A stretch of 28,882 bases of DNA, from NCBI GenBank assembly GCA_037386985.1, contig JARRLM010000001.1, positions 2,495-31,376 of the forward strand, read 5' to 3'. The DNA is from Acidobacteriota bacterium. GTDB taxonomy: Bacteria; Acidobacteriota; UBA6911. The notes under the pieces are model-generated. The model did no database searches. It was not told the origin of the DNA and was given only the letters and a program-made list of their open reading frames with translations. The position numbers and the translations under genes were made by a program. Below are positions 9,076-16,939 of the stretch, piece after piece (position 1 is the stretch's first letter; every line of letters starts with the position of its first letter).

Positions 9076-10011
9076 TTAGAACTGGACCGCTCCCGCGCCC
9101 TTTAGACCCAGTATCTGTCGCATATCCTCCGGTGTAGCGATATCCCGGCCGAACTCGCGCGCGAGTCGCACGATCTTTTCGACAAGTTGCGCGTTTGTGC
9201 AGAGCTTCCTTCTGCCGATAAAAATATTGTCTTCCAGGCCTACCCGCACATGTCCCCCCATCATGATGGCCACAGCGGCAAGGTTAATTTCGGCGGGATA
9301 GCCAACCCCGATGACCGACCATTTATAATTCTCGCTGCCGAAAAGCCGGTCAGCGGTTTGCTTCATCACAATCAGGTCTTCAATGGTCGCAGCCAGTCCG
9401 CCCAGGACTCCCAAGACGAACTGAATCCACAAGGGAGGCTTCGCAAGGCCGTTTTTCAGCAAGAACCGCAGATTATATAGATGACCCACATCATAAGCTT
9501 CGAATTCGGGACGCACGTCGTTCTCGGCAAAAGTGCTGGAATAGATTTCCATATCGCCGAATGTGTTTCGAAAGATGAAATCTTTGGTGCCCTCGGCGTA
9601 GGCCTGTTCCCAATCATACTTGTAATCCTCGGCTTTGAATCTCCTGGCCACCGGGTGAATGGAAAAATTGATGCTGCCAAGGTTGAAAGAAGCCAACTCG
9701 GGACGATAGCGCGGAATCACGCGCAGCCTGTCCTGAGGGGACATGCCCATGCCTCCCCCTGTTGTTATACCGATAACAACGTCGCTGCCGGCCTTGATTC
9801 CCTTCAGAACCGGCTCGAAGAGATCGGGATCGGAAAGCGGGCGGCCGTTCACCGGATCGCGCGCATGGACGTGAACGGCCGTAGCGCCGGCATGGCCGCA
9901 ATCAATCGCGTCCGCAATGAGGTGTTCCGGCGTAAAAGGCAAGTGAGGCGTTTGGGTTGGAATGGTGATCGCGCCGGTAAGCGCGGATGTGATAATCAAC
10001 TTGTCGGCCAT
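9076..10011 (-). CDS. Beta-keto acid cleavage enzyme (BKACE / DUF849, 3-keto-5-aminohexanoate cleavage family)
   Basis: IITSALTGA, VHVHARDP (Zn His pair), ASFNLGS, KPPLWIQFVLG, GHVRVGLEDN. Confidence 0.93.
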   Translation of the reverse strand: MADKLIITSALTGAITIPTQTPHLPFTPEHLIADAIDCGHAGATAVHVHARDPVNGRPLSDPDLFEPVLKGIKAGSDVVIGITTGGGMGMSPQDRLRVIPRYRPELASFNLGSINFSIHPVARRFKAEDYKYDWEQAYAEGTKDFIFRNTFGDMEIYSSTFAENDVRPEFEAYDVGHLYNLRFLLKNGLAKPPLWIQFVLGVLGGLAATIEDLIVMKQTADRLFGSENYKWSVIGVGYPAEINLAAVAIMMGGHVRVGLEDNIFIGRRKLCTNAQLVEKIVRLAREFGRDIATPEDMRQILGLKGAGAVQF

Positions 10012-10083
10012 GGCTGCTCCCCTGATTCAGGCTGTTTGCCGGTTTATCGCTGTAGCTCTCTGACGGATCCTCAAGTTTTTCTA

Positions 10084-10464
10084 TTATTTCGCGCGCTTGG
10101 CGACGAAATCCTCGCTTCCATAGCTGCCGACCGTTCGGGAACCGCGAATCTCATCACCCGAAATTGTGCCCTTATACTCGCACCTGAGCTCCTGGCCCTG
10201 AACTTTCAGCGTTTCGACAAACGATATTTCATCACCTTTCACCGAGCCTTCCGTTAAAGCGGACTCGCTGGATTCGCTTTCCATGGACATCACGGCTGTT
10301 CCGGTGAGTTTCTCTCCCGCAACTTTAAAGTCGAAAGTGTAGTTCATCTCACCAATCGGGGTGTTGATGACGGCGGTCCATTTGCCGGAAATGTCGGCGG
10401 CAAAGGCCGGAACCGTGCAGAGAAGCGCAATAGACACAACCAGCAGAAATCTTAACCGTTTCAT
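10084..10464 (-). CDS. Secreted hypothetical protein (signal peptide, ADISGKW start, predicted beta-rich)
   Basis: MKRLRFLLVVSIALLCTVPAFA signal peptide; RBS AGGAG upstream. Confidence 0.8.
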   Translation of the reverse strand: MKRLRFLLVVSIALLCTVPAFAADISGKWTAVINTPIGEMNYTFDFKVAGEKLTGTAVMSMESESSESALTEGSVKGDEISFVETLKVQGQELRCEYKGTISGDEIRGSRTVGSYGSEDFVAKRAK

Positions 10465-10496
10465 TGTAGGATCTCCTTTTTTGGGTAAGCATTTTT

Positions 10497-10534
10497 AAAC
10501 CGCAATGTGGTATAAACATACCGTAATGCAATAT
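10497..10534. promoter_or_regulatory. Candidate tandem operator in the divergent promoter
   Basis: Two related imperfect palindromes, AAACCGCAATGTGGTAT (10497-10513) and ATACCGTAATGCAATAT (10518-10534), 21 bp apart; an IclR gene ends the operon. Confidence 0.3.
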
Positions 10535-10562
10535 CCATAATCAACCAAGAATGGAGGTCGGG

Positions 10563-10901
10563 ATGAAGAAGGTCACATTGCCGGAGGCGAAGCCCTATGC
10601 GCCGCCCAAACACTTCAATATGACCGCGTTGAGGCTTCAGGGAAAAGATGAGACCGGAACGCGGCAATTCTGGATGGGTCTTTCTCACTTCCTGCCGAAT
10701 GGAGGCGCGGAGATGGACGCGACCTCCATGGAAAAGCTTTATTTTGTGCTTGAGGGAGAGGTCACCGTCACTACTCAGGACAAGCAGACGTGCGTGCTGA
10801 AGGCTTGGGATTCGCTGTACGTCGGACCCAATGAGGCCAGGGCGATCGTCAACCATACCAACAGGCCCGCCAGCATGCTGGTGATCATCACATACCAATA
10901 A
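10563..10901 (+). CDS. Cupin domain protein
   Basis: EKLYFVLEGEV and GPNEARAIVN cupin motifs; GGAGG at 10553-10557 favours ATG 10563 over the track start 10551. Confidence 0.88.
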   Translation: MKKVTLPEAKPYAPPKHFNMTALRLQGKDETGTRQFWMGLSHFLPNGGAEMDATSMEKLYFVLEGEVTVTTQDKQTCVLKAWDSLYVGPNEARAIVNHTNRPASMLVIITYQ

Positions 10902-10933
10902 TCAGGAACGATCCTGCGAAAGGCGGTGAATCA

Positions 10934-11725
10934 ATGGAATCAAGCGTTGACCTGAACTACGTACAAAACATGTTTAGCATCAAAGATAAAGTGGCCGTCG
11001 TGACCGGCGGCGCCGGCGCCCTGGGGAAAGCCGTCGCGCTGGGTTTGGCGGTATATGGCGCCGACGTCGTGGTAACCGGCCGTACGATGAAGACGCTGGA
11101 ACCGGTGGTGAGAGACATTGAGGCGGTCGGCCGGAGAGCCCTGGCTCTGAGTTGCGATGTCGCAGTTGAAGAAGATGTCGCGAACATGGTGCGGGAAACT
11201 CTGAAGGGATTCGGCACTGTGGATATCCTCGTCACGGTCGCCGGAATAGCGAAACGTTTTCCCGCCGAGGAATTTCCCATCGCCGACTGGCAGCAGGTAA
11301 TGGACGTCAACGTTCGGGGAACATTCCTCTGCTGCAAGCATGTGGCGAAAATTTTCAAGGAAAAGAAAAAGGGAAAAATCGTCACTATCTCATCTGTACG
11401 CGCCTTTGCCGGTCATCCGAGCGGGTACGCCGCCTACGGAACCAGCAAAGGCGCGGTGAATCTCCTGACCAAGCAGCTGGCGACCGAATGGGCGAAGTAC
11501 AACATCAACGTCAACTCGATTGCTCCCTGTATTTTCTGGACGCCGCTGACCCAGGAGGTTTTGGAAAACGAGCAGATGTACAAAGTTTTCATGTCCAGGA
11601 TTCCCATGGGCCGAGCGGCGCTGACTCAGGATTCGGTTGGGGCTGCCGTTTATCTCTCTTCTCCCGCCTCGGATTTTGTTACCGGGCAAATCCTTTACGT
11701 GGACGGCGGCACGGTCGCCGGATAA
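10934..11725 (+). CDS. SDR family NAD(P)-dependent oxidoreductase (gluconate 5-dehydrogenase/KduD-like)
   Basis: TGGAGALG, DVNVRG, catalytic YGTSK, VTGQILYVDGG. Confidence 0.93.
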   Translation: MESSVDLNYVQNMFSIKDKVAVVTGGAGALGKAVALGLAVYGADVVVTGRTMKTLEPVVRDIEAVGRRALALSCDVAVEEDVANMVRETLKGFGTVDILVTVAGIAKRFPAEEFPIADWQQVMDVNVRGTFLCCKHVAKIFKEKKKGKIVTISSVRAFAGHPSGYAAYGTSKGAVNLLTKQLATEWAKYNINVNSIAPCIFWTPLTQEVLENEQMYKVFMSRIPMGRAALTQDSVGAAVYLSSPASDFVTGQILYVDGGTVAG

Positions 11726-11747
11726 AGAATAAATTGGAGATTCTGAA

Positions 11748-12551
11748 ATGAGCGACAATATGAAATTAGTGGACCTCAGTCACCCGTTCGGCCCCGGATG
11801 CCCTCTTTGGCCATACTTCGAGGATATCAAAGTCGAGCGAATGCACTATCATGCCAAATCAGGCGTACTTTCGCAGAAGATCACGACCGTGATGCACTGC
11901 ACGACGCATGCCGATTCTCCAGGCCACGTTGTCGAGGGCCTCAGATTTACCCATGAATTGCCGCTGGATCTTTACTATGGAACGGGCGTTGTCGTGGATA
12001 TTCCAAAGAAAAAATGGGAATTGATTACGGCCGAAGATCTGGAGAAGGCAACTCCCAGAATCGGGAAGGGTGACATAGTGATCGTACACACCGGCTGGAA
12101 CAGGTATTGGGGAGATAACAAGCAGTATTTCTGCTACTCTCCCGGTCTTGGACGCGAAGCCGGAGAGTGGTTTGTAGCAAAGGGCGTAAAAGCTGTAGGG
12201 GTGGACCAGCAGGCATTGGATCATCCTCTCCATACTGCGATCGGTCCGCATGGTCCCGGTCCCATCAATCCTTCCCTTTGTGAGGAATATAAACAGCTGA
12301 CGGGTCGCGAGGTCCTGGAGGATTTCCCCGAATGGGAACCCTGTCACAACCTGCTCCTTAGAAACGGAATTATGGGATGGGAGAACGTGGGCGGCGATAT
12401 CGCCATGGTGGTCGGAAAACGGGTCACCATAATGGGGCTTCCGCTGCGATGGTATATGGGAGACGGATCCATCGTCCGGATGGCGGCCCTGATTGATGAG
12501 AAGGACATTAACCCCGTTCCTCCGAGAGTTTATAAATACGGAGTTGTATGA
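11748..12551 (+). CDS. Cyclase family metal-dependent hydrolase (kynurenine formamidase-like)
   Basis: VDLSHP, HCTTHADSPGH (HxGTHxDxPxH-like), GDIVIVHTGW, GWENVGG. Confidence 0.9.
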   Translation: MSDNMKLVDLSHPFGPGCPLWPYFEDIKVERMHYHAKSGVLSQKITTVMHCTTHADSPGHVVEGLRFTHELPLDLYYGTGVVVDIPKKKWELITAEDLEKATPRIGKGDIVIVHTGWNRYWGDNKQYFCYSPGLGREAGEWFVAKGVKAVGVDQQALDHPLHTAIGPHGPGPINPSLCEEYKQLTGREVLEDFPEWEPCHNLLLRNGIMGWENVGGDIAMVVGKRVTIMGLPLRWYMGDGSIVRMAALIDEKDINPVPPRVYKYGVV

Positions 12552-12569
12552 ATCCTGAGGTGTCGGAAC

Positions 12570-13505
12570 ATGGAAAAAATTGCGGTGATCGGCGCCGGTC
12601 TCATGGGGCACGGCATTGCGCAGGTTTTTTCGGTGAAAGGGCATGAGATTGCGATCCACGATCCTTTCCCGAATGCGTTGGCCAGTGTTCCGGAGCGAAT
12701 ACGTGCAAACCTGCGCAGCCTTGGCCTTGACGAATCGTCTGTTGAGAGAATATCCCTGCACAATACACTCAAAGACGCGGTAGAGAATGCCGACATTGTC
12801 TTTGAGGCTGCACCCGAGAATATTGCGATGAAACAGGGGATCTTCGAGCAAATGTCAACGATGACACATGCCGGTTGCATCCTGGCCAGCAATACGTCGG
12901 TCATCCCGATCGGAGAGATCGCCGCCAGGGCCGAGAATCCGGGCCGTGTCCTCGGCACGCACTGGTGGAATCCTCCATACCTGATTCCATTGGTGGAAGT
13001 CATCCAGGCGCCCTGTACCGAATTAGTCTCGATAGAAAGATGTATCGATCTGTTGCAGCGGGTTGGGAAAGTTGCCGTCCATGTCCAACGCGATGTGCCG
13101 GGTTTTGTCGGCAACCGTTTGCAGCACGCGCTCTGGAGAGAAGCAATCTCCATTGTAGCAGCTGGAATCTGCGATGCCGAAACGGTTGATCTCGTAGTCA
13201 AAAACAGTTTCGGAATGCGGTTGCCGGTGTTGGGACCGTTGGAGAATGCGGATCTGGTGGGCCTGGACTTGACTCTCGCGATTCACAATGTAATCCTTCG
13301 ACATCTTGAAGCTTCACCCGAACCCAGTCCCTTGTTGCAACGCTACACGAAAGAACAGCGCCTCGGGATGAAAACGGGCAAAGGCTTCTACAAATGGACA
13401 CCGGGGTCGGCGCAGCATGTCCGCGATCGGATGATTAGGCATTTGAGGAATGCAACACGCGAGGGAGAGTCGTTTAGTAATGGATCGCCTAAAAACAAAA
13501 CCTAA
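12570..13505 (+). CDS. 3-hydroxyacyl-CoA dehydrogenase family protein (could act on a free acid, as gulonate or carnitine dehydrogenases do)
   Basis: VIGAGLMGHG, EAAPEN, LASNTS, GTHWWNPP, GFVGNRLQ, DLVGLD, GMKTGKGFY. Confidence 0.92.
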   Translation: MEKIAVIGAGLMGHGIAQVFSVKGHEIAIHDPFPNALASVPERIRANLRSLGLDESSVERISLHNTLKDAVENADIVFEAAPENIAMKQGIFEQMSTMTHAGCILASNTSVIPIGEIAARAENPGRVLGTHWWNPPYLIPLVEVIQAPCTELVSIERCIDLLQRVGKVAVHVQRDVPGFVGNRLQHALWREAISIVAAGICDAETVDLVVKNSFGMRLPVLGPLENADLVGLDLTLAIHNVILRHLEASPEPSPLLQRYTKEQRLGMKTGKGFYKWTPGSAQHVRDRMIRHLRNATREGESFSNGSPKNKT

Positions 13506-14280
13506 GCCCCGAGACCGAAATGGGGTTCAGGTTATTGCTCGTGCTGCCGAAATCTTGCGGGCACTTGAAGGCAGCGATGGTATGCGCCTTGGCCAGCTTG
13601 CCGAAAGGGTTGGCTTGCCCAAGTCTACAGTGCAGCGGATCATCACTGCTCTTGATTCGGAAAATTTCGTAGTTTCGGCATCTCCCGGCGGGCGCTTGCG
13701 GTTGGGCCCGGCTTTGGTCAGGATTGCCCACTCCATACGCTTCCCGATCGCGGAAACTGCCCGGCCATATCTTCGGAAGCTTTCCGAAAAAACGGGTGAA
13801 ACCGTGGACCTCGCGTTACTGGATGGGGAAAAAGCGGTCTTTGTGGATCAAATCCCGGGATCGCAGCGCCTCCGGACGGTGTCCGCCATCGGGATTTCAT
13901 TTCCACTGCATTGTACGGCTAACGGGAAAGCGATGCTCGCCGTGATGGGCGCCGGGGAATTGAACCGGCTCAAAAAAAGTATTCGCCTGGATGCTTTTAC
14001 CAAGAAATCCATTCGATCCTGGAAAAAGCTTGAAGAGGAACTTCTCAGGATTCGCGAAACTGGGATCGCATACGACCGGGAGGAACACTCGATAGGGATC
14101 TCGGCCGTCGGAGCTGCGATCGTCGGCTTTGAAGGAGAAATTACCGCAATCACGATTCCGACACCAACGGTGAGATTTGCCAAGAAGGAGCCTGAATTAG
14201 TGCAGGCGCTTCAGCTATGCCGAGAGGCAATCAACAGAATCCTAGGCGATCACCGCCGCAAGAGTAGGTCGGCTATTTGA
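13480..14280 (+). CDS. IclR family transcriptional regulator
   Basis: N-terminal HTH (LAERVGLPKSTVQRII), PLHCTANGKA, GISAVGAAI; ATG 13480 follows GAGGGAGAG (track start 13450). Confidence 0.92.
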   Translation: MDRLKTKPKPRDRNGVQVIARAAEILRALEGSDGMRLGQLAERVGLPKSTVQRIITALDSENFVVSASPGGRLRLGPALVRIAHSIRFPIAETARPYLRKLSEKTGETVDLALLDGEKAVFVDQIPGSQRLRTVSAIGISFPLHCTANGKAMLAVMGAGELNRLKKSIRLDAFTKKSIRSWKKLEEELLRIRETGIAYDREEHSIGISAVGAAIVGFEGEITAITIPTPTVRFAKKEPELVQALQLCREAINRILGDHRRKSRSAI

Positions 14281-14393
14281 TCTCCATTGTTCGGGTTGAT
14301 CGCGGGGATCACCGTCGACGCCTATGGTGTTAACGAGCGGGGCCGCAACTATCAGGGAAGGGAGAATAATTTGCCATGCGGAGGGGAAAAACC

Positions 14394-14519
14394 ATGATGA
14401 CTCTGCGGCTTTTTCCCCGAAAATTCGAATCCTTGCCGGCCGCCACAGCCTGGTATCTGGCAGATCTTGGCGAGTCGCGGGGCAAACAGGAATTGTTCAC
14501 TCGCCAATTAGTGTTCTAG
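14394..14519 (+). pseudogene. N-terminal fragment of a Fic/DOC family protein
   Basis: RBS GGAGGGG; MMTLRLFPRKFESLPAATAWYLADLGESRGKQELFTRQ then stop; matches the LGExRGKQELF N-terminus of Fic proteins; no HPFxxGNGR motif follows. Confidence 0.65.
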
Positions 14520-14611
14520 TCATGGTTGTGCTTATCCGAACCCAAAGGGATAGCCGCTATTCCATAGAACAGAAAATATCGCGCTTATCCTGCCTATCCG
14601 CCTGAAAGGGA

Positions 14612-14638
14612 ATAATGGCCCAGAGTCTTGCCGATCAT
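14612..14638 (-). pseudogene. N-terminal fragment of a Ser/Thr protein kinase (MIGKTLGHY), separated from its RBS by the RIT element
   Basis: Minus strand ATG ATC GGC AAG ACT CTG GGC CAT TAT; joining to 19152-19172 through TCATGG gives GGGAGA-5nt-MSMIGKTLGHY. Confidence 0.55.
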
Positions 14639-14640
14639 GG

Positions 14641-14691
14641 TTATGTTCTCAGTTGAATTATGTTCTTAGTTTTTCTTCTTATGCTTCAGTA
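14641..14691 (+). repeat. Left end: terminal inverted repeat plus two sub-terminal copies
   Basis: TTATGTTCTCAGTTG 14641-14655; TTATGTTCTTAGTT from 14658; TTATGCTTCAGT from 14679. Confidence 0.8.
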
Positions 14692-14839
14692 TTTTAATCT
14701 ACTTTCCTGATTTTAAATCATAGATAAATAGTTTTTTCCTTTTTATTATCCCTGCTTTTAGTTCTTCGCCCCCATCTCCTATGCTTCTACAGCTTTTGTC
14801 AATGGTCCATACCAGGTCTGCAATCAGGGGGAGATTTTT

Positions 14840-15268
14840 ATGCCGAAGCGTAGGAAGTGCCCTTTTTGTCGCCGGCTGTTCATCCCGGATCTGCGGGTCA
14901 AGGAGCGACAAAAAACTTGTGGTCGGAGAGAGTGTCGCGGCGAGCAAAAACGCCAATTGGATGCGCGTTGGCGGTTGCAAAATCCAGACTACTTTCGGAA
15001 TTTATATCCACAACAAAAGCAGGCTTACGGTACCCGGGCCGAATACCGAAAACGCTACCGCAAGGATCATCCCGATTATGTCCAGCGTAACGCCGCTTTC
15101 GTCAAGAAATACCGGAGGCGCCGCAACGAGAAAGCGGCAAAAGATGTAAGTTCCACAAGTTGTGATCTGCGTCTAACTGTTTGGAAACAAACGGGTAAGG
15201 TTAAAATTACCCATGTAAGTCACACAAGTCGCGATATTCTTGTAACTCTTTGCGAAAATGCATCTTAG
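14840..15268 (+). CDS. Hypothetical basic protein with N-terminal CxxC-x16-CxxxxC cluster (putative Zn-binding)
   Basis: RBS GGGGGAGA; CPFC...CGRREC; Arg/Lys-rich middle; two repeat units at the C-terminus. Confidence 0.75.
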   Translation: MPKRRKCPFCRRLFIPDLRVKERQKTCGRRECRGEQKRQLDARWRLQNPDYFRNLYPQQKQAYGTRAEYRKRYRKDHPDYVQRNAAFVKKYRRRRNEKAAKDVSSTSCDLRLTVWKQTGKVKITHVSHTSRDILVTLCENAS

Positions 15269-15298
15269 CGGGAAATTACCCATGTAAGTTCCACAAGT
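15144..15298 (+). repeat. Three direct repeats with an exact 69-bp period, core ATGTAAGT(TC/CA)CACAAGT
   Basis: Cores at 15144-15160, 15213-15229 and 15282-15298; copies 2 and 3 share the extra prefix AAATTACCC. Confidence 0.9.
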
Positions 15299-15338
15299 TC
15301 AGATAGCATTCCCGGCCGCCGCCAAATATTCTCGCTGC

Positions 15339-15686
15339 ATGTTGACGAAACGACCACAACCGCCGCGCCCGGATCGCATTCGATCTATCCGCGGATCTTT
15401 CAGTTGGATCGATCACCGATTTTTCCGCCAGGGATTCGACCAGGGATTAACCCGCCTGGAGAAGCTCCTCTACCTTGTGCTTATTGCCGTTTCCAATCGG
15501 GATGGTGTGAGCTTTTATTCGGACGAGCGACTGACGGAACTTCTCGAGATCCGCCACCCCCACGAACTAAGTGGGGCTCGCAATGAGCTGATTGATCGGG
15601 ATCTGATCGCATTCGAACGGGGAATCTATCAAGTTCTGGATCTGCCTCCTCAACCTCAAACACCCGGTTACCGGGAAAATGGATGA
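15339..15686 (+). CDS. Winged-helix-like DNA-binding protein (replication-initiator N-domain-like), coupled to the first recombinase
   Basis: SFSWIDHRFF, EKLLYLVLIAVSNRDGVSFYSDERLTELL, ARNELIDRDLI; its TGA overlaps the ritA ATG (ATGA 15683-15686). Confidence 0.78.
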   Translation: MLTKRPQPPRPDRIRSIRGSFSWIDHRFFRQGFDQGLTRLEKLLYLVLIAVSNRDGVSFYSDERLTELLEIRHPHELSGARNELIDRDLIAFERGIYQVLDLPPQPQTPGYRENG

Positions 15687-16939
15687 AAGGATCCGTTTTG
15701 AATCTTGCCGCCTGGATTGCCGATTACCAAACGTACCTTGAATCCACCGGTTATGCCGGCGCCACGATCCTATCTCGAATGAAGCACCTGAACTGCCTGC
15801 TCGCCTTTATCAATGCGCAGGACCTGAAAAGCTTGGAAGAGTTTCGCCCGGAACTGGCCATCGACTTTACCGATTACTGGGTGCGCCATCAACCTTATGC
15901 CAAGTCCGGTAAGGCTACCCTGAAAAAATCGAGATTCAAACCGCATCATCACAAAGGAATCCAGTATACCCTCCATTGCTTCTTCCGCTGGGCGCACTCC
16001 ACCGGACGTCTTCAACATAATGTTTTTCCCCTAATGCCTCCTGTGCGTGGCAACTACTTTTTCCAGGAGGTGGCCGGCTATATGCATTTCTGCCGACAGC
16101 ATAAGGGCTTGGCCCGAAACTCCCTGATAGAGATTGAACTCTTCGTGCGCCGCTTTGACGGATTCCTGCATTCCCGGCAGGTGAAACATTGGAATGAGAT
16201 GCGAATGCATCACATTGATCTGTTCATCCGGCAGCAGGCAGACAAGAACATTAAGCGTATTCGTCGCATTCAGAATGTGCTGCGCGGTCTGTTCCGGTAT
16301 CTGTTCAGCCTCAATCTGGTGAATCGTGACTGGGCCCTGGCTTTGCATGCTCCCCGCCAATACCACCTCGCTGATGTCCCCCGAACCATTCCCGCGGACC
16401 AGGTGATCCGATTGCTGCAGAGCATCGACCGCAATCGGCGAGGCGGCAAAAGGGATTTTGCCATGATACTGATGGCGGCCGGCCTTGGTGTGCGCGCCAA
16501 TGAGCTGGCCAATCTTTGCCTTGAAGATCTCGATTGGAAAAAAGGCGCAGTCCGTTTCAAACAGTCCAAGAATGGGAAACTGCTCTGGCTGCCGCTTTCG
16601 GGGCCTCTGATTGGAGCTCTGTCGTCTTACCTGCAGAACGAACGCCCCAACGACAGCGCCTCGAGAAACGTTTTTTTGCGGCTGGATGCTCCCTGGGAAC
16701 CGCTGACCCCGGCCGGAGTCGCCGGCGCCATACGGAAAAGAATGCGCGCGGCCCAGATCGCGGGCAGCGGTCATCAGCTGCGGCATAGTTTTGCCGGTGA
16801 ACTGCTGCGAGTTGGAGTCAATTTTTCAACCCTGCAGGAACTGCTGGGACATAGCCATATTACGTCCACTCAGATCTATACCAAAATCGATCTGAAACAG
16901 CTCCGTGAAGTGGCTGAAAGCGATGGTGAAAACTACTGA
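15683..16939 (+). CDS. ritA: Tyrosine recombinase, RIT first subunit
   Basis: RDFAMILMAAGLGVRANE; HQLRHSFA...LLGHSHITSTQIY (R, H-x-x-R, H, Y intact). Confidence 0.92.
   Translation: MKGSVLNLAAWIADYQTYLESTGYAGATILSRMKHLNCLLAFINAQDLKSLEEFRPELAIDFTDYWVRHQPYAKSGKATLKKSRFKPHHHKGIQYTLHCFFRWAHSTGRLQHNVFPLMPPVRGNYFFQEVAGYMHFCRQHKGLARNSLIEIELFVRRFDGFLHSRQVKHWNEMRMHHIDLFIRQQADKNIKRIRRIQNVLRGLFRYLFSLNLVNRDWALALHAPRQYHLADVPRTIPADQVIRLLQSIDRNRRGGKRDFAMILMAAGLGVRANELANLCLEDLDWKKGAVRFKQSKNGKLLWLPLSGPLIGALSSYLQNERPNDSASRNVFLRLDAPWEPLTPAGVAGAIRKRMRAAQIAGSGHQLRHSFAGELLRVGVNFSTLQELLGHSHITSTQIYTKIDLKQLREVAESDGENY

Noticed and set aside
11859-12851. Long antisense ORFs (330 aa here; also 9481..10257, 12530..13201, 16031..16786, 17809..18387)
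   Set aside because: They lie opposite well-supported genes and show no recognisable motifs; typical antisense shadows.
14281-14393. Peptide LIAGITVDAYGVNERGRNY upstream of the Fic fragment
   Set aside because: It looks coding but has no start codon and I cannot assign a family.
14324-14605. 93-aa ORF after IclR
   Set aside because: It overlaps the better-supported Fic fragment in another frame and spans a junction.
15144-15298. Mini-CRISPR array
   Set aside because: Only three units, the intervening sequences are related to each other and in frame with ORF1, the core is 17 bp, and no cas gene is in the window.
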